Shown one piece after another: positions 8,076 through 16,461 of a stretch of DNA of 20,000 nucleotides. A program made the position numbers and the translations under genes. Position 1 is the stretch's first letter; each line of letters begins with the position of its first letter. The DNA lies in IMG/VR virus record IMGVR_UViG_3300005961_000014, positions 55,082-75,081 of that record; one strand, given 5' to 3'. The notes under the pieces were generated by a model. The model was not told the origin of the DNA. It saw nothing but the letters and a program-made list of their open reading frames with translations, and ran no database searches. This DNA is from an uncultured virus (IMG/VR IMGVR_UViG_3300005961_000014) (lineage: Duplodnaviria; Heunggongvirae; Uroviricota; Caudoviricetes).

Positions 8076-9185
8076 TTACGCCCCCGGAATGTAAAGCACT
8101 ATCTCTCGCTCGATCATCTCTCGCACCTCTCGATAAATCTCGGGAGGTAAACGATTTTCCAATAAGCGATCATTTTTAATCCGGCGTAACCAAATCCATA
8201 TGCGATTGAGGTAAGCCGTATTAGGACCGCTCCTCCCACCGAGATTACTTCGAACCAAGAAACGGATGTAAGGAAGCAGTGCTAGGATAAGCGCCCAAGA
8301 AACTTGCCGTGTGGGTGCCGTGTCTGGAACCATCAGTAGATGTCTTAGGTTAGGCGCGGTAATCAGCGGCAAACTATCCAGAAGCTGATCAAAGCTCAAG
8401 TAAGCACGACTAACCCCCGTTAGGGTTTGGGTAATCGCGGTATCCACCCAGGAGGATCGATCTGTCCCGTAAACCGGATGAGCTCTCACCCATCGACCCA
8501 ACTGACCATCACTAAATAACGTGATAGCCATACGGTTAAACAAAGCCACGTCTAAATGGCTATATACCATATTCGTGATAGGGTATGCGTACATGAAGTG
8601 ACTGGTTGCCACGTAGGTTTTCTGGTCATATTGAGATACCGTTGCGTCCTCGCACCAGCATCGATACTGAAAAGCCAGCATAGGAACATTGATGCTGATG
8701 ACAGATATTCCCGGAAGACTTCCGGGGAGATACTGTCCATCGGGTCGAGCTATCGAGAGATCCGAATACGGGTGACGCATAACCTGAATAGGTTGAAGAT
8801 TCTTCCAGTCTTTTCCAGCCGCATCAACATCAAACTCTTCACCGTGAGCAATGAGGACCTCTTTGGATTTTGAACCATAGAACGGACCGGGTGACCATAT
8901 TCGTCCAAAGGAAACGCTGGTAGTCATCCCTACCATTCCTGCGGTGCGTAATCCCACATCACGAACAGCGTCCACGTAGTTCTGCGGATCGCGTTTGAAG
9001 GAAACCGGGATGCTTCCCAGTAACCTCATGAGGGGATGTTGGTTTTGGACCCATCCCTCTTTCTGCCGGTGGTGGTTAACAATGGTCTCCAGATCGCGAC
9101 GGAGCGGGTCACGAACTCTTTCGAATAATGGCGAATGCGGGTAGACACGACGCAAGGGTAACGTGTCTTGAAATAGATCGTACAC
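8076..9185 (-). CDS. Conserved phiKZ gp52-like protein, probably virion structural (369 aa)
   Basis: GTG start with GGAG SD on the minus strand. Opposite-strand gene between the polymerase and chimallin, as recalled for phiKZ-like phages. Confidence 0.65.
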   Translation of the reverse strand: MYDLFQDTLPLRRVYPHSPLFERVRDPLRRDLETIVNHHRQKEGWVQNQHPLMRLLGSIPVSFKRDPQNYVDAVRDVGLRTAGMVGMTTSVSFGRIWSPGPFYGSKSKEVLIAHGEEFDVDAAGKDWKNLQPIQVMRHPYSDLSIARPDGQYLPGSLPGISVISINVPMLAFQYRCWCEDATVSQYDQKTYVATSHFMYAYPITNMVYSHLDVALFNRMAITLFSDGQLGRWVRAHPVYGTDRSSWVDTAITQTLTGVSRAYLSFDQLLDSLPLITAPNLRHLLMVPDTAPTRQVSWALILALLPYIRFLVRSNLGGRSGPNTAYLNRIWIWLRRIKNDRLLENRLPPEIYREVREMIEREIVLYIPGA

Positions 9186-9215
9186 GGCGGATCTCCGTCG
9201 TTTTTCAATGGCCTA

Positions 9216-9219
9216 CATA
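9216..9219 (-). promoter_or_regulatory. Candidate late (nvRNAP) promoter TATG upstream of the gp52-like gene
   Basis: Minus strand reads TTATTATGTAGG about 30 nt before the GTG start. phiKZ late promoters carry TATG at the start site, but a 4-mer is weak evidence. Confidence 0.35.
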
Positions 9220-9255
9220 ATAACGGCAGCCAGTTTTTAACCCAGGAGAGAAAAC

Positions 9256-9921
9256 ATGTCACAACCCATCGTTGTGGTTGACAAATACAGCATGATTCAG
9301 AAACTGATCACGCTAGGACTCGAAGCGACTCACCCCATGGGATACGTTCCTGTCTCAGCGTATCATCGTGCTGAAATCGATAAGTTCCTCACGGAGAACA
9401 TGGAAATCAAAGAGCGGTCCGAGATGGAGAAAGATCCCACTTACTGGCAACTGATTCCGTATGGAGTTATTGTTGACGATTTCAGCAACATTGTTGGATA
9501 TCGCCGACCGGACAAGCAACGCGGTGAAGAGCGTCTGCGCGGAGCTCGGTCGGTGGGTTTTGGCGGTCATGTAGATGCAGCGGACACACGCGATATCGCG
9601 ACCGGTGATAAGCTGAGCGCAGCGGTTATCATGAGCAACTGTCTGTACCGCGAACTCCAAGAAGAACTCAACACTGGCGATACCCCGTTGTTACCGAGGT
9701 CCCACTTTACCGGTCTTCTGATCGATAACAGTAACGCCGTTGGTGAAGTCCATCTGGGGTTTGTCTATCGCGTCACGGGGATGTCTGATATCTTTCTTCC
9801 AAATAACGCCGACGAAGTCAGTGAACTCACCCTCCTTGAGCCAGCCAGAACCCCAAGACAGGAGTTCGAGAACTGGTCGAAGTTGGTGCTCGACAACATT
9901 GAAACCATTCTGGCTAACTGA
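9256..9921 (+). CDS. NUDIX-family hydrolase (COG4112/YmaB-like)
   Basis: E-x-DP-x-Y-x-QLIPY, YRR...GEERL, SVGFGGHVD, RELQEEL, VGEVHLG and C-terminal ENWS motifs; AGGAGAG SD. Confidence 0.85.
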   Translation: MSQPIVVVDKYSMIQKLITLGLEATHPMGYVPVSAYHRAEIDKFLTENMEIKERSEMEKDPTYWQLIPYGVIVDDFSNIVGYRRPDKQRGEERLRGARSVGFGGHVDAADTRDIATGDKLSAAVIMSNCLYRELQEELNTGDTPLLPRSHFTGLLIDNSNAVGEVHLGFVYRVTGMSDIFLPNNADEVSELTLLEPARTPRQEFENWSKLVLDNIETILAN

Positions 9922-10109
9922 TTCTGGCACCATAAGAGTCTTGCTGTTAAAAATGACAGCAATACTACATTATGTAGAGCCAGTGCTCCGCCGGATTTAT
10001 CTGGCGCAACCTTGGGTGTATGTGTAAACCTATTCCAAATGGAAAAACATACACACTATTTTAGTGACATGATCATGACGTGTCATCATTCATAACCGGA
10101 GAGAAAAAC

Positions 10110-11951
10110 ATGAGTGCCACTCGTGGAAATCGCGGCAGTCGCGCTGCTGCACCGCAAACCCAAACCGAAGATCTGGACAACAGCGCCGGCCGTCAAGACA
10201 ACCCCAGCGAATCGCGTCGCGCTCCCGGCGGATTCACCGGCCTGTCCGAACGCATGGCGACCCCCTTTGATCGCCGCGGTGCCGGCGAAGGCATCACCAA
10301 GATCGTGACCGCCCTCAAGGAAGCCTGTGGCGACAAAGTTGGGCAGTACCGCTTCACAGTGCTGGACAAGAACTCCAGCGGTGCCGCCTGCTCGGCCATC
10401 TTGGTTTCTGCCGAGACCACTGAAAAGGACGGCAGCAACAGCGCCGTGGTCCACACGCTGCTGGTGGAAAACTCCATCGACGGCGAACTGCTCCCGCGTA
10501 CCGAAACCATCAACGGCCGCAGCGTCGAGATCCGTCTGGTGACCAGCGATGTGTACGACGACTGGTATTGGAATCGCGTGCACGACATCACCGCCGGCCA
10601 GCACTTGGTCAGTAACGTGTACGAAGCCGGTCAAAACATCATCAGTCGCGAAATGTCCCCGGACGACAAGGAGCAGATCAAGGTCCTGATGTATTTCGCC
10701 GCTATCGCCATCAAAGCCGTGGCCGATCGCGTGGCTGGTCAACCGCAGGAAATGTTCTCGGTGCGCGAACTGCAAACCAACGATCGTTTGCTGGGCCGCT
10801 TCAACATCTCCCCGTCGCAACCCGAAACCCCTGCCGGCCTCCCGATTGCTTCCGACATCAGTGTTCTGATCTCGGGTGCCTCTCCCAACGATGGTCAGCG
10901 CGGCATGGGTGTCACAGGTCAGCGTGATATCGTCCTGGTTGACACCATGATGAACCTGATCTACGAACCGGCTCGCCCCGCAGGACGTGGTGAAATCCAA
11001 GAGACTCAGTGCGAGACTCCGGAAATCATCATGACCAATGTGGAAACCCGTCTGGGCATGCCGTCTGTTGGCATGATCCTGTTGGGTATTCACGGCATGG
11101 TGGCCTTGGCCAAGGGTAACGTCTGGCCGATGGCGTATCGTCCTCGTGTGGCCGCGCAGGACAACCTGCGCGATCTCTCAGCGATCGGTTTCGATTGCCC
11201 GGGCTTGACCAACAACGACGATGTTCCCAAGCGGGTTCCGGACTTCACGTCCAACAGCTTCTCCATGAAGGATTTCTCCGACATGGTGGAGTTTGCCATC
11301 CGCCGCGATCCGATCTTCTCGATCGATATCGATGAAATTGGTCCGCTGTCCATGCTGACCGGTGTCTTCGAAGCCGCCGCCAAGCGGAACACGAAGGCTG
11401 AACAAGTCATCATTGACGCCGCAGACTTCCTGACCGATGGCGCGTTCAGCGAGTGCTACAACGGGGGTCCGCTGATCCGTGAGCGCTTCGAGCGTATCAG
11501 CCTGGGCTATATGACCAATCGCGAAGGTCAGCGCGTCGACATCCGTCGCCTGAATTATCTGGCGTTCCTGAACATCTGCGGCGCCGACGATATGGCGGCT
11601 GTCGAAGATTTCGATGCGACCTGGTCGACCAACTCGGATCTGGCACTGCGCGTGGCGCGTCGTGAAGAGCTGCAACTGGCTGTTCGTCCGGACATCGTCT
11701 TCAAGGGTTACGCTCGTCGCTACACCTTCGACGAAGCCCTGATCGTCGGTCTGGAGGAAGCCTTCCAGCGCACTGAGCACGCCATCACCTGGACGGACAT
11801 GCCGCAAGACATGGCCACTTCTGGTCGTCGTCGTGCCGGCGCTATGGCAGATTACGCCGTGGATTCTCGTCGCCTCGGTAGCCTGTACACCGGCCGCCAG
11901 CGCGATACCAGCTCCGTCAGCGGACGTCGTGACACCTGGGGACGTCGTTAA
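10110..11951 (+). CDS. chmA: Chimallin, major phage nuclear shell protein (phiKZ gp54-like, 613 aa)
   Basis: Size, low-complexity N- and C-termini, and recalled chimallin motifs (SDVYD..YW, GLPI.SDI, RI.LGY...EG...DIR.L.YLA.LN, GYARR.TF). Lies immediately upstream of the nvRNAP beta' gene, has strongly C-ending codons and its own terminator. Start reassigned to ATG 10110 after GGAGAG. Confidence 0.88.
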   Translation: MSATRGNRGSRAAAPQTQTEDLDNSAGRQDNPSESRRAPGGFTGLSERMATPFDRRGAGEGITKIVTALKEACGDKVGQYRFTVLDKNSSGAACSAILVSAETTEKDGSNSAVVHTLLVENSIDGELLPRTETINGRSVEIRLVTSDVYDDWYWNRVHDITAGQHLVSNVYEAGQNIISREMSPDDKEQIKVLMYFAAIAIKAVADRVAGQPQEMFSVRELQTNDRLLGRFNISPSQPETPAGLPIASDISVLISGASPNDGQRGMGVTGQRDIVLVDTMMNLIYEPARPAGRGEIQETQCETPEIIMTNVETRLGMPSVGMILLGIHGMVALAKGNVWPMAYRPRVAAQDNLRDLSAIGFDCPGLTNNDDVPKRVPDFTSNSFSMKDFSDMVEFAIRRDPIFSIDIDEIGPLSMLTGVFEAAAKRNTKAEQVIIDAADFLTDGAFSECYNGGPLIRERFERISLGYMTNREGQRVDIRRLNYLAFLNICGADDMAAVEDFDATWSTNSDLALRVARREELQLAVRPDIVFKGYARRYTFDEALIVGLEEAFQRTEHAITWTDMPQDMATSGRRRAGAMADYAVDSRRLGSLYTGRQRDTSSVSGRRDTWGRR

Positions 11952-11963
11952 TCCCCGACCCGG

Positions 11964-11994
11964 ATGGGGAGAGCTTCGGCTCTCCCCATTTTTT
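11964..11994 (+). terminator. Rho-independent terminator of chmA
   Basis: ATGGGGAGAGC-TTCG-GCTCTCCCCAT: perfect 11-bp stem with a C(UUCG)G tetraloop, followed by a T-tract. Confidence 0.92.
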
Positions 11995-12015
11995 CTTTAG
12001 TGATAAGGAGGCAGT

Positions 12016-13437
12016 ATGATCTATGAAGAACTGGTAAACTTGGATGAGGAGTTTGCCCGGTTGCGGAATACACCCATCATTGCCAACGAATTGGACGTTG
12101 AGACCCAGGAAGGGCAAGAGCATCTGAATGCGTTGTTGATGATGCGACAAGAAGGAGATAGCCTTAGCACGGTTCCATCGTGTGACGGAGGGCATCTTGT
12201 CGGTGGTCAGTATGAAGGCGTCTTCTGTCACGAGTGCGGCACCGAGGTTCAAGCAGCATTGGAGCGCCCGCTGGAAAGCCAATTGTGGGTTCGTCCTCCT
12301 CCTGGTGTTACTACGCTCATCAATCCGGTGGCGTTTAACATTTTATGCCGCGAGTTTACATACGACGGCTGGGATATCATTTATTGGTTCTGTGACCCCT
12401 CTTACAACCCACGGACGCCTGCTCCTCCTCGATTCCAAATGATCGACCAGTACGGATTCCAGCGCGGGATCAATAGTTTCCATGCCAACTTTGATCGCAT
12501 CATTTCAGCGTTGCGCGAATGTGGACTCTATAGTCCTTCAGGTCCTGATGGATTAGACGTCTTTGACTGGATCGAGATGTGTCGAGACGACATCTTCTGC
12601 ACCCATCTCCCTATGCCGTCCCGATCTGGATTTGTGGTGGAGAAAGCAGGTAAACGCGCCTGTCTTGACACATCCATCACCAAGGCAATCGACGCACTGC
12701 GAATGATCGTATCAGCGAGCAACACTATTTCACCCCCCACCATGTACCACAAGCAGGCCCGTGTTGCTAAAGCTATTCGCACCCTGAGTAATTACTATCA
12801 GGGGTTCTTCAAGGACACCTTGGGTGGCAAAGGTGGAGCGTTTCGCAAACACATATACGGCGGCCGAACCCATTTCTCTGCCCGTGCAGTCATCACCTCC
12901 ATTTGTGAACGCCACAAGTACGACGATCTTTATATGCCATGGGGACTGAGTGTCCAAGTCCTGCGTTTGCACTTGAAGAATCGGTTGCTGCGTATGAACG
13001 TCTCGCCGCGAGAGATCTATCAGATCTTGAGCTATGCGAACAACAATTACGACGCGACCATCGACAAGCTTTTCCGAGGACTGATCGAAAACTCAACCCA
13101 TGGTCGACTCCCGTGTATGTTTCAGCGTAATCCTACACTGGGTCGCGGATCAGCACAGGGGCTTTGGGTTCCAAAAATCAAAACGGATGTCAGAGACCCA
13201 TCATTCTCAATGTCTCCGCTAGCCCTGAAAGCTCCAAATGCCGACTTCGATGGGGATGAAATGAATTTCCTCCTCAGCGTGGACAAGGATATGACTTTCC
13301 GCTTGGAGCGTCTATCGCCGCACCTGTACGCCATTGATTTGGCCACCCCGCGTAAGTTGTCAGGGTACCTACAGATGCCGTCCCCCTCCGTGTCTACGAT
13401 TTCAAACTGGTTGAACCACCCGAATCAGTATTCTTAA
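12016..13437 (+). CDS. Non-virion RNA polymerase beta' N-terminal subunit (phiKZ gp55-like, 473 aa)
   Basis: Catalytic NADFDGD at 13237-13257; KGGAFRKHIYGGR.HFSARAVI and QRNPTL motifs; N-terminal Cys cluster; AAGGAGG SD. Confidence 0.93.
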   Translation: MIYEELVNLDEEFARLRNTPIIANELDVETQEGQEHLNALLMMRQEGDSLSTVPSCDGGHLVGGQYEGVFCHECGTEVQAALERPLESQLWVRPPPGVTTLINPVAFNILCREFTYDGWDIIYWFCDPSYNPRTPAPPRFQMIDQYGFQRGINSFHANFDRIISALRECGLYSPSGPDGLDVFDWIEMCRDDIFCTHLPMPSRSGFVVEKAGKRACLDTSITKAIDALRMIVSASNTISPPTMYHKQARVAKAIRTLSNYYQGFFKDTLGGKGGAFRKHIYGGRTHFSARAVITSICERHKYDDLYMPWGLSVQVLRLHLKNRLLRMNVSPREIYQILSYANNNYDATIDKLFRGLIENSTHGRLPCMFQRNPTLGRGSAQGLWVPKIKTDVRDPSFSMSPLALKAPNADFDGDEMNFLLSVDKDMTFRLERLSPHLYAIDLATPRKLSGYLQMPSPSVSTISNWLNHPNQYS

Positions 13438-13458
13438 CTCACAACCCAGGAGAGAAAC

Positions 13459-14067
13459 ATGTTCGTGTCTGCGGCTGATGCCTTTGACGCGGAACTCTAC
13501 GGACGTAAGCATCACCGAACGGTGGAGTATCTGACTCGCGACGTTGACAACATTACGCACAAACTGCGTGATGGTGGAAGACGTTTCCGTGAGATCATCG
13601 AGCGTGATGTCTATCGTCCCTATGACGAGTCCCGAGCTGCCCGCGTGATTCGTGCAGCATTGCGATATACGGAGAATGTCTTTATGCCGGATCAAATCCG
13701 GTATCTCAGAACGATTGGGGAAGTTCAACATGCGCCTAGTAGTATGATTGCCATGTTGATGGCGGAACCCACAGTTCGCCGGATGTATCATCAGCAACAA
13801 GTAGACGGTTATTCTGAATCCTACACTGATAACCAACCGGGTAAGGTGGGTGAGGATCATTATGACTACCGTCGTGTGGTAAATGGTGTCTTTATGGAGG
13901 AAGAGGGGGAATGGGTAGCTACAACCTACTATGAAGACCTGCTGCCGGGAACCGGAGAGTTGGAGTTCCTGGATCAGGTCGACATTCTTCGCACCTGGGA
14001 GCAAATGCGTATTCATCTGATGCGTCGCAAGGAAGACCCCACCTCACGATGGAACAGTTCGCTGTAA
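13459..14067 (+). CDS. Conserved core protein, phiKZ gp59-like (candidate Imp3), 202 aa
   Basis: AGGAGAG SD. MAEP.VR..Y......GYS..Y and GEDHYDYRRV.NG motifs and a C-terminal DPTS, as recalled for the core gene after the beta' subunit. The Imp3 assignment rests on gene order only. Confidence 0.6.
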   Translation: MFVSAADAFDAELYGRKHHRTVEYLTRDVDNITHKLRDGGRRFREIIERDVYRPYDESRAARVIRAALRYTENVFMPDQIRYLRTIGEVQHAPSSMIAMLMAEPTVRRMYHQQQVDGYSESYTDNQPGKVGEDHYDYRRVVNGVFMEEEGEWVATTYYEDLLPGTGELEFLDQVDILRTWEQMRIHLMRRKEDPTSRWNSSL

Positions 14068-14075
14068 TCAGCATA

Positions 14076-14098
14076 TGAGGCGGGAACTCCCCGCCTCA
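14076..14098 (+). terminator. GC-rich stem-loop after the gp59-like gene
   Basis: TGAGGCGGG-AACTC-CCCGCCTCA, 9-bp stem; the T-tract is displaced about 13 nt downstream. Confidence 0.55.
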
Positions 14099-14134
14099 GT
14101 CCTGTTCATTATTTTTTACACATTGAGGTCACTT

Positions 14135-14545
14135 ATGGCTGCCGTCGTACCCACTCTGGACTCACGCGGATACCTGGCCGGGATAGGTGAAAAAGCCACT
14201 GAGCTCTTAACCAATTTCCTGACCAGTAATTATTCACAGACCGAATTATTCCCGGGGGCTGTTAAGTCTTTGACGTACTTCATTCAGCGCCACATGGGGG
14301 ATTTTAACACCATGAGTGCCTCGATTGAAGACGCACTGAACCAATTGTACTCGGGGCATTTTGATGAAGTCAGCGTCAGCGTCAGTATCGGTGAGCCTCA
14401 AGCGGATCTTGGAATGTCTCCTGTTCGGTACAATATCCAGATCAATGTCTTAGTGACCCAGGACGGTGTTCAAGAAAGCTTGGGTAAACTGATCACTATC
14501 TCCAATTCACGTATCGAGCGCATCAAGACCTTTGAGCGGAGGTAA
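14135..14545 (+). CDS. Conserved core protein, phiKZ gp62-like (136 aa)
   Basis: Start reassigned to ATG 14135 after GAGGT; VPTL...G...SNYSQT..F.G.V.SL pattern recalled from phiKZ-like phages. Confidence 0.6.
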   Translation: MAAVVPTLDSRGYLAGIGEKATELLTNFLTSNYSQTELFPGAVKSLTYFIQRHMGDFNTMSASIEDALNQLYSGHFDEVSVSVSIGEPQADLGMSPVRYNIQINVLVTQDGVQESLGKLITISNSRIERIKTFERR

Positions 14546-14548
14546 GCA

Positions 14549-14815
14549 ATGCCTCACGTTACAACCTATCTCCAATTGGACCCCTTCGATACACACTTCG
14601 TAGGGGATCTCCAAGTATGGATTCGCAACACTGACCACGGTCTCAGGACCGAATACTACCACGAAGAATATTTGGACGGTACCTTATCACCGCCGGTGAG
14701 AGACGATCTTTGTGAGTTCATTGACGGCATATTGTCATCGTGGACTCACAAGGAAGATTTCTTTAAGATACATGTCCGCTTCGTAGAACAGGTGAATCAT
14801 GCCAAACTCCACTGA
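14549..14815 (+). CDS. Hypothetical protein (88 aa)
   Basis: Strong GGAGGT SD; fills the gap between flanking genes. Confidence 0.65.
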   Translation: MPHVTTYLQLDPFDTHFVGDLQVWIRNTDHGLRTEYYHEEYLDGTLSPPVRDDLCEFIDGILSSWTHKEDFFKIHVRFVEQVNHAKLH

Positions 14816-15338
14816 AGTACTCAGCGCCTGCGATGAGATTCTCAACGCTCCTCTGAATCGTCTCCCGGAAGCGCTTTTCCGAACCCGTTATCTCCCCCTC
14901 TTTACCGGTGAACCCACGGAAGCCACTTTTGAAGAATGGATTCGTGTGACTGGATCTGCGTTCCGTGAAGTAGAGGTTTATGACAACTCCGGAACGCTGG
15001 TTTTCACAGTCCCTCCGCTGCTGTATGATTCAGACTCGTATCTGGAGCAGCTCAACAAAGTGGGCGTCATGCAGCAAATGCAATTGGCTGAGCAAAAGGC
15101 AGCTAGCATGCCCATGTTGGGCGAGCTCCATATCCAGCGCTATCTGACAGACCAAGTCAAGAGCGTTGACCCGGACTGGAAGAGCGTGAAGATGTGGAAC
15201 ACCATCTTTGCGCGTTATGGGAAACCCACCATCCCGATACCTGGTGACAAAGCAGCGGATCCCGGTGATGTATCCGTTGTCAAAGCACCTCCCAAGCGAG
15301 ATGAGTTCGATGATATCTTCGGCGCCGAGCTCCGGTAA
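14799..15338 (+). CDS. Conserved hypothetical protein upstream of the SbcD-like gene (179 aa)
   Basis: AGGTG SD; LPE..F...YLP.F and EV.V.D..G..VFTVPPL patterns; overlaps both neighbours. Confidence 0.7.
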   Translation: MPNSTEVLSACDEILNAPLNRLPEALFRTRYLPLFTGEPTEATFEEWIRVTGSAFREVEVYDNSGTLVFTVPPLLYDSDSYLEQLNKVGVMQQMQLAEQKAASMPMLGELHIQRYLTDQVKSVDPDWKSVKMWNTIFARYGKPTIPIPGDKAADPGDVSVVKAPPKRDEFDDIFGAELR

Positions 15339-16461
15339 GACCCCGGGGGTTCTGGATATTCTGGAACTGAGCGATGTCCATATAGGACACCCCAAGACAA
15401 CCACTCCGGAAGTTTTAGCTACGCTCTACCAGATCTTCAGTAACACGGAGGATTTTGCTAAAGTCGATATTGTCTTCATCGCCGGAGATTTTTTCGATCG
15501 ACAACTCTACCTATCGTCCGACCCCGTCCGACTGGTGGAAGAATGGATCCTGTATTTCTTACGGCTGTGTAAGAAGCTGGACGTCGTCGTGCGTGTTTTG
15601 GAAGGGACTCCTTCACATGACTGGAAACAGTCTGAGCGTTTTATCAAGCTCAATGAACACGCGAAGATAGGGTGCGATGTCCGTTACTTTAGCGCTATGG
15701 AAATTGAGCACATTGATCGATTTGGTATTGATGTGCTCTATATCCCTGACGAATATCGCTCCACCACTGACGCGGTCTGGGACGAAGTTGTTCAAACGCT
15801 GGCCGCCAAGAATCTGGACAAAGTTGACTATGTGGTAATGCATGGCGCTTTCGAACACCAGATGCCCAAGCACACACACGGGAAGCTCCAACTCCACAAC
15901 GCGGACCGGTATCTCTCTATATGCCGTTCGTACATTTTCGTAGGGCATGTGCATCTGTATTCACAGTACCAGCGCATATTGTCCGCTGGGTCTACTCAGC
16001 GGTTAAGCCATGGCGAGGAAGGACCTAAGGGACATTTGCGAGTACAGCGCCACGAGGTTTATGACGATATCATTACCTTCGTGGAGAACCGAGGTGCTAA
16101 GAAGTATATCACAGTCGCGTGTGAGAAACTGGATCAAGAAGAAGCTCTGGCTAAGATACAGCGCGCTTTGCGAAACCTTCCCAAAGATTCTCACGTCCGA
16201 GTGTCATGTAGGAAACAGGACCCCGCGATTACGCTAACCTCTCGCTTAGAGTTGGAATACCCCAATTACCACTGGTCCATTCGCGAAACGGGGAAAAATA
16301 ATACCGACGCCATTATACTGGTGGACAACCGACATGAAATCCAGCGCCTGACGATTAAACCCGATAATATCGGGACGTTATTGCTCGATCGCATTCGTCA
16401 TAAGCACCCCCATCTGGTTGAGCGATGCGGGGATCTGTTAACGGAGGTTCTCCATGAATGA
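15301..16461 (+). CDS. sbcD: SbcD/Mre11-like metallophosphoesterase nuclease (about 386 aa)
   Basis: Calcineurin-like motifs SDVH, AGDFFD, GTPSHD, MHG and GHVH. Start uncertain (15301 or 15310); 15208 would overlap the upstream gene by 131 nt. Confidence 0.85.
   Translation: MSSMISSAPSSGKTPGVLDILELSDVHIGHPKTTTPEVLATLYQIFSNTEDFAKVDIVFIAGDFFDRQLYLSSDPVRLVEEWILYFLRLCKKLDVVVRVLEGTPSHDWKQSERFIKLNEHAKIGCDVRYFSAMEIEHIDRFGIDVLYIPDEYRSTTDAVWDEVVQTLAAKNLDKVDYVVMHGAFEHQMPKHTHGKLQLHNADRYLSICRSYIFVGHVHLYSQYQRILSAGSTQRLSHGEEGPKGHLRVQRHEVYDDIITFVENRGAKKYITVACEKLDQEEALAKIQRALRNLPKDSHVRVSCRKQDPAITLTSRLELEYPNYHWSIRETGKNNTDAIILVDNRHEIQRLTIKPDNIGTLLLDRIRHKHPHLVERCGDLLTEVLHE

Noticed and set aside
10086..11807. 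Long minus-strand ORFs (335 aa, 209 aa and others) opposite chimallin
   Set aside because: Explained by the strong codon bias of chmA, which removes antisense stops; no recognisable protein features.
12016..13437. Bacterial rpoC pseudogene
   Set aside because: Intact ORF with a strong SD, highly divergent from cellular RpoC, in a phage gene context; split RNA polymerase subunits are normal for this family.
13402..14016. 204-aa minus-strand ORF
   Set aside because: Antisense to the gp59-like gene, which has an SD and conserved motifs.
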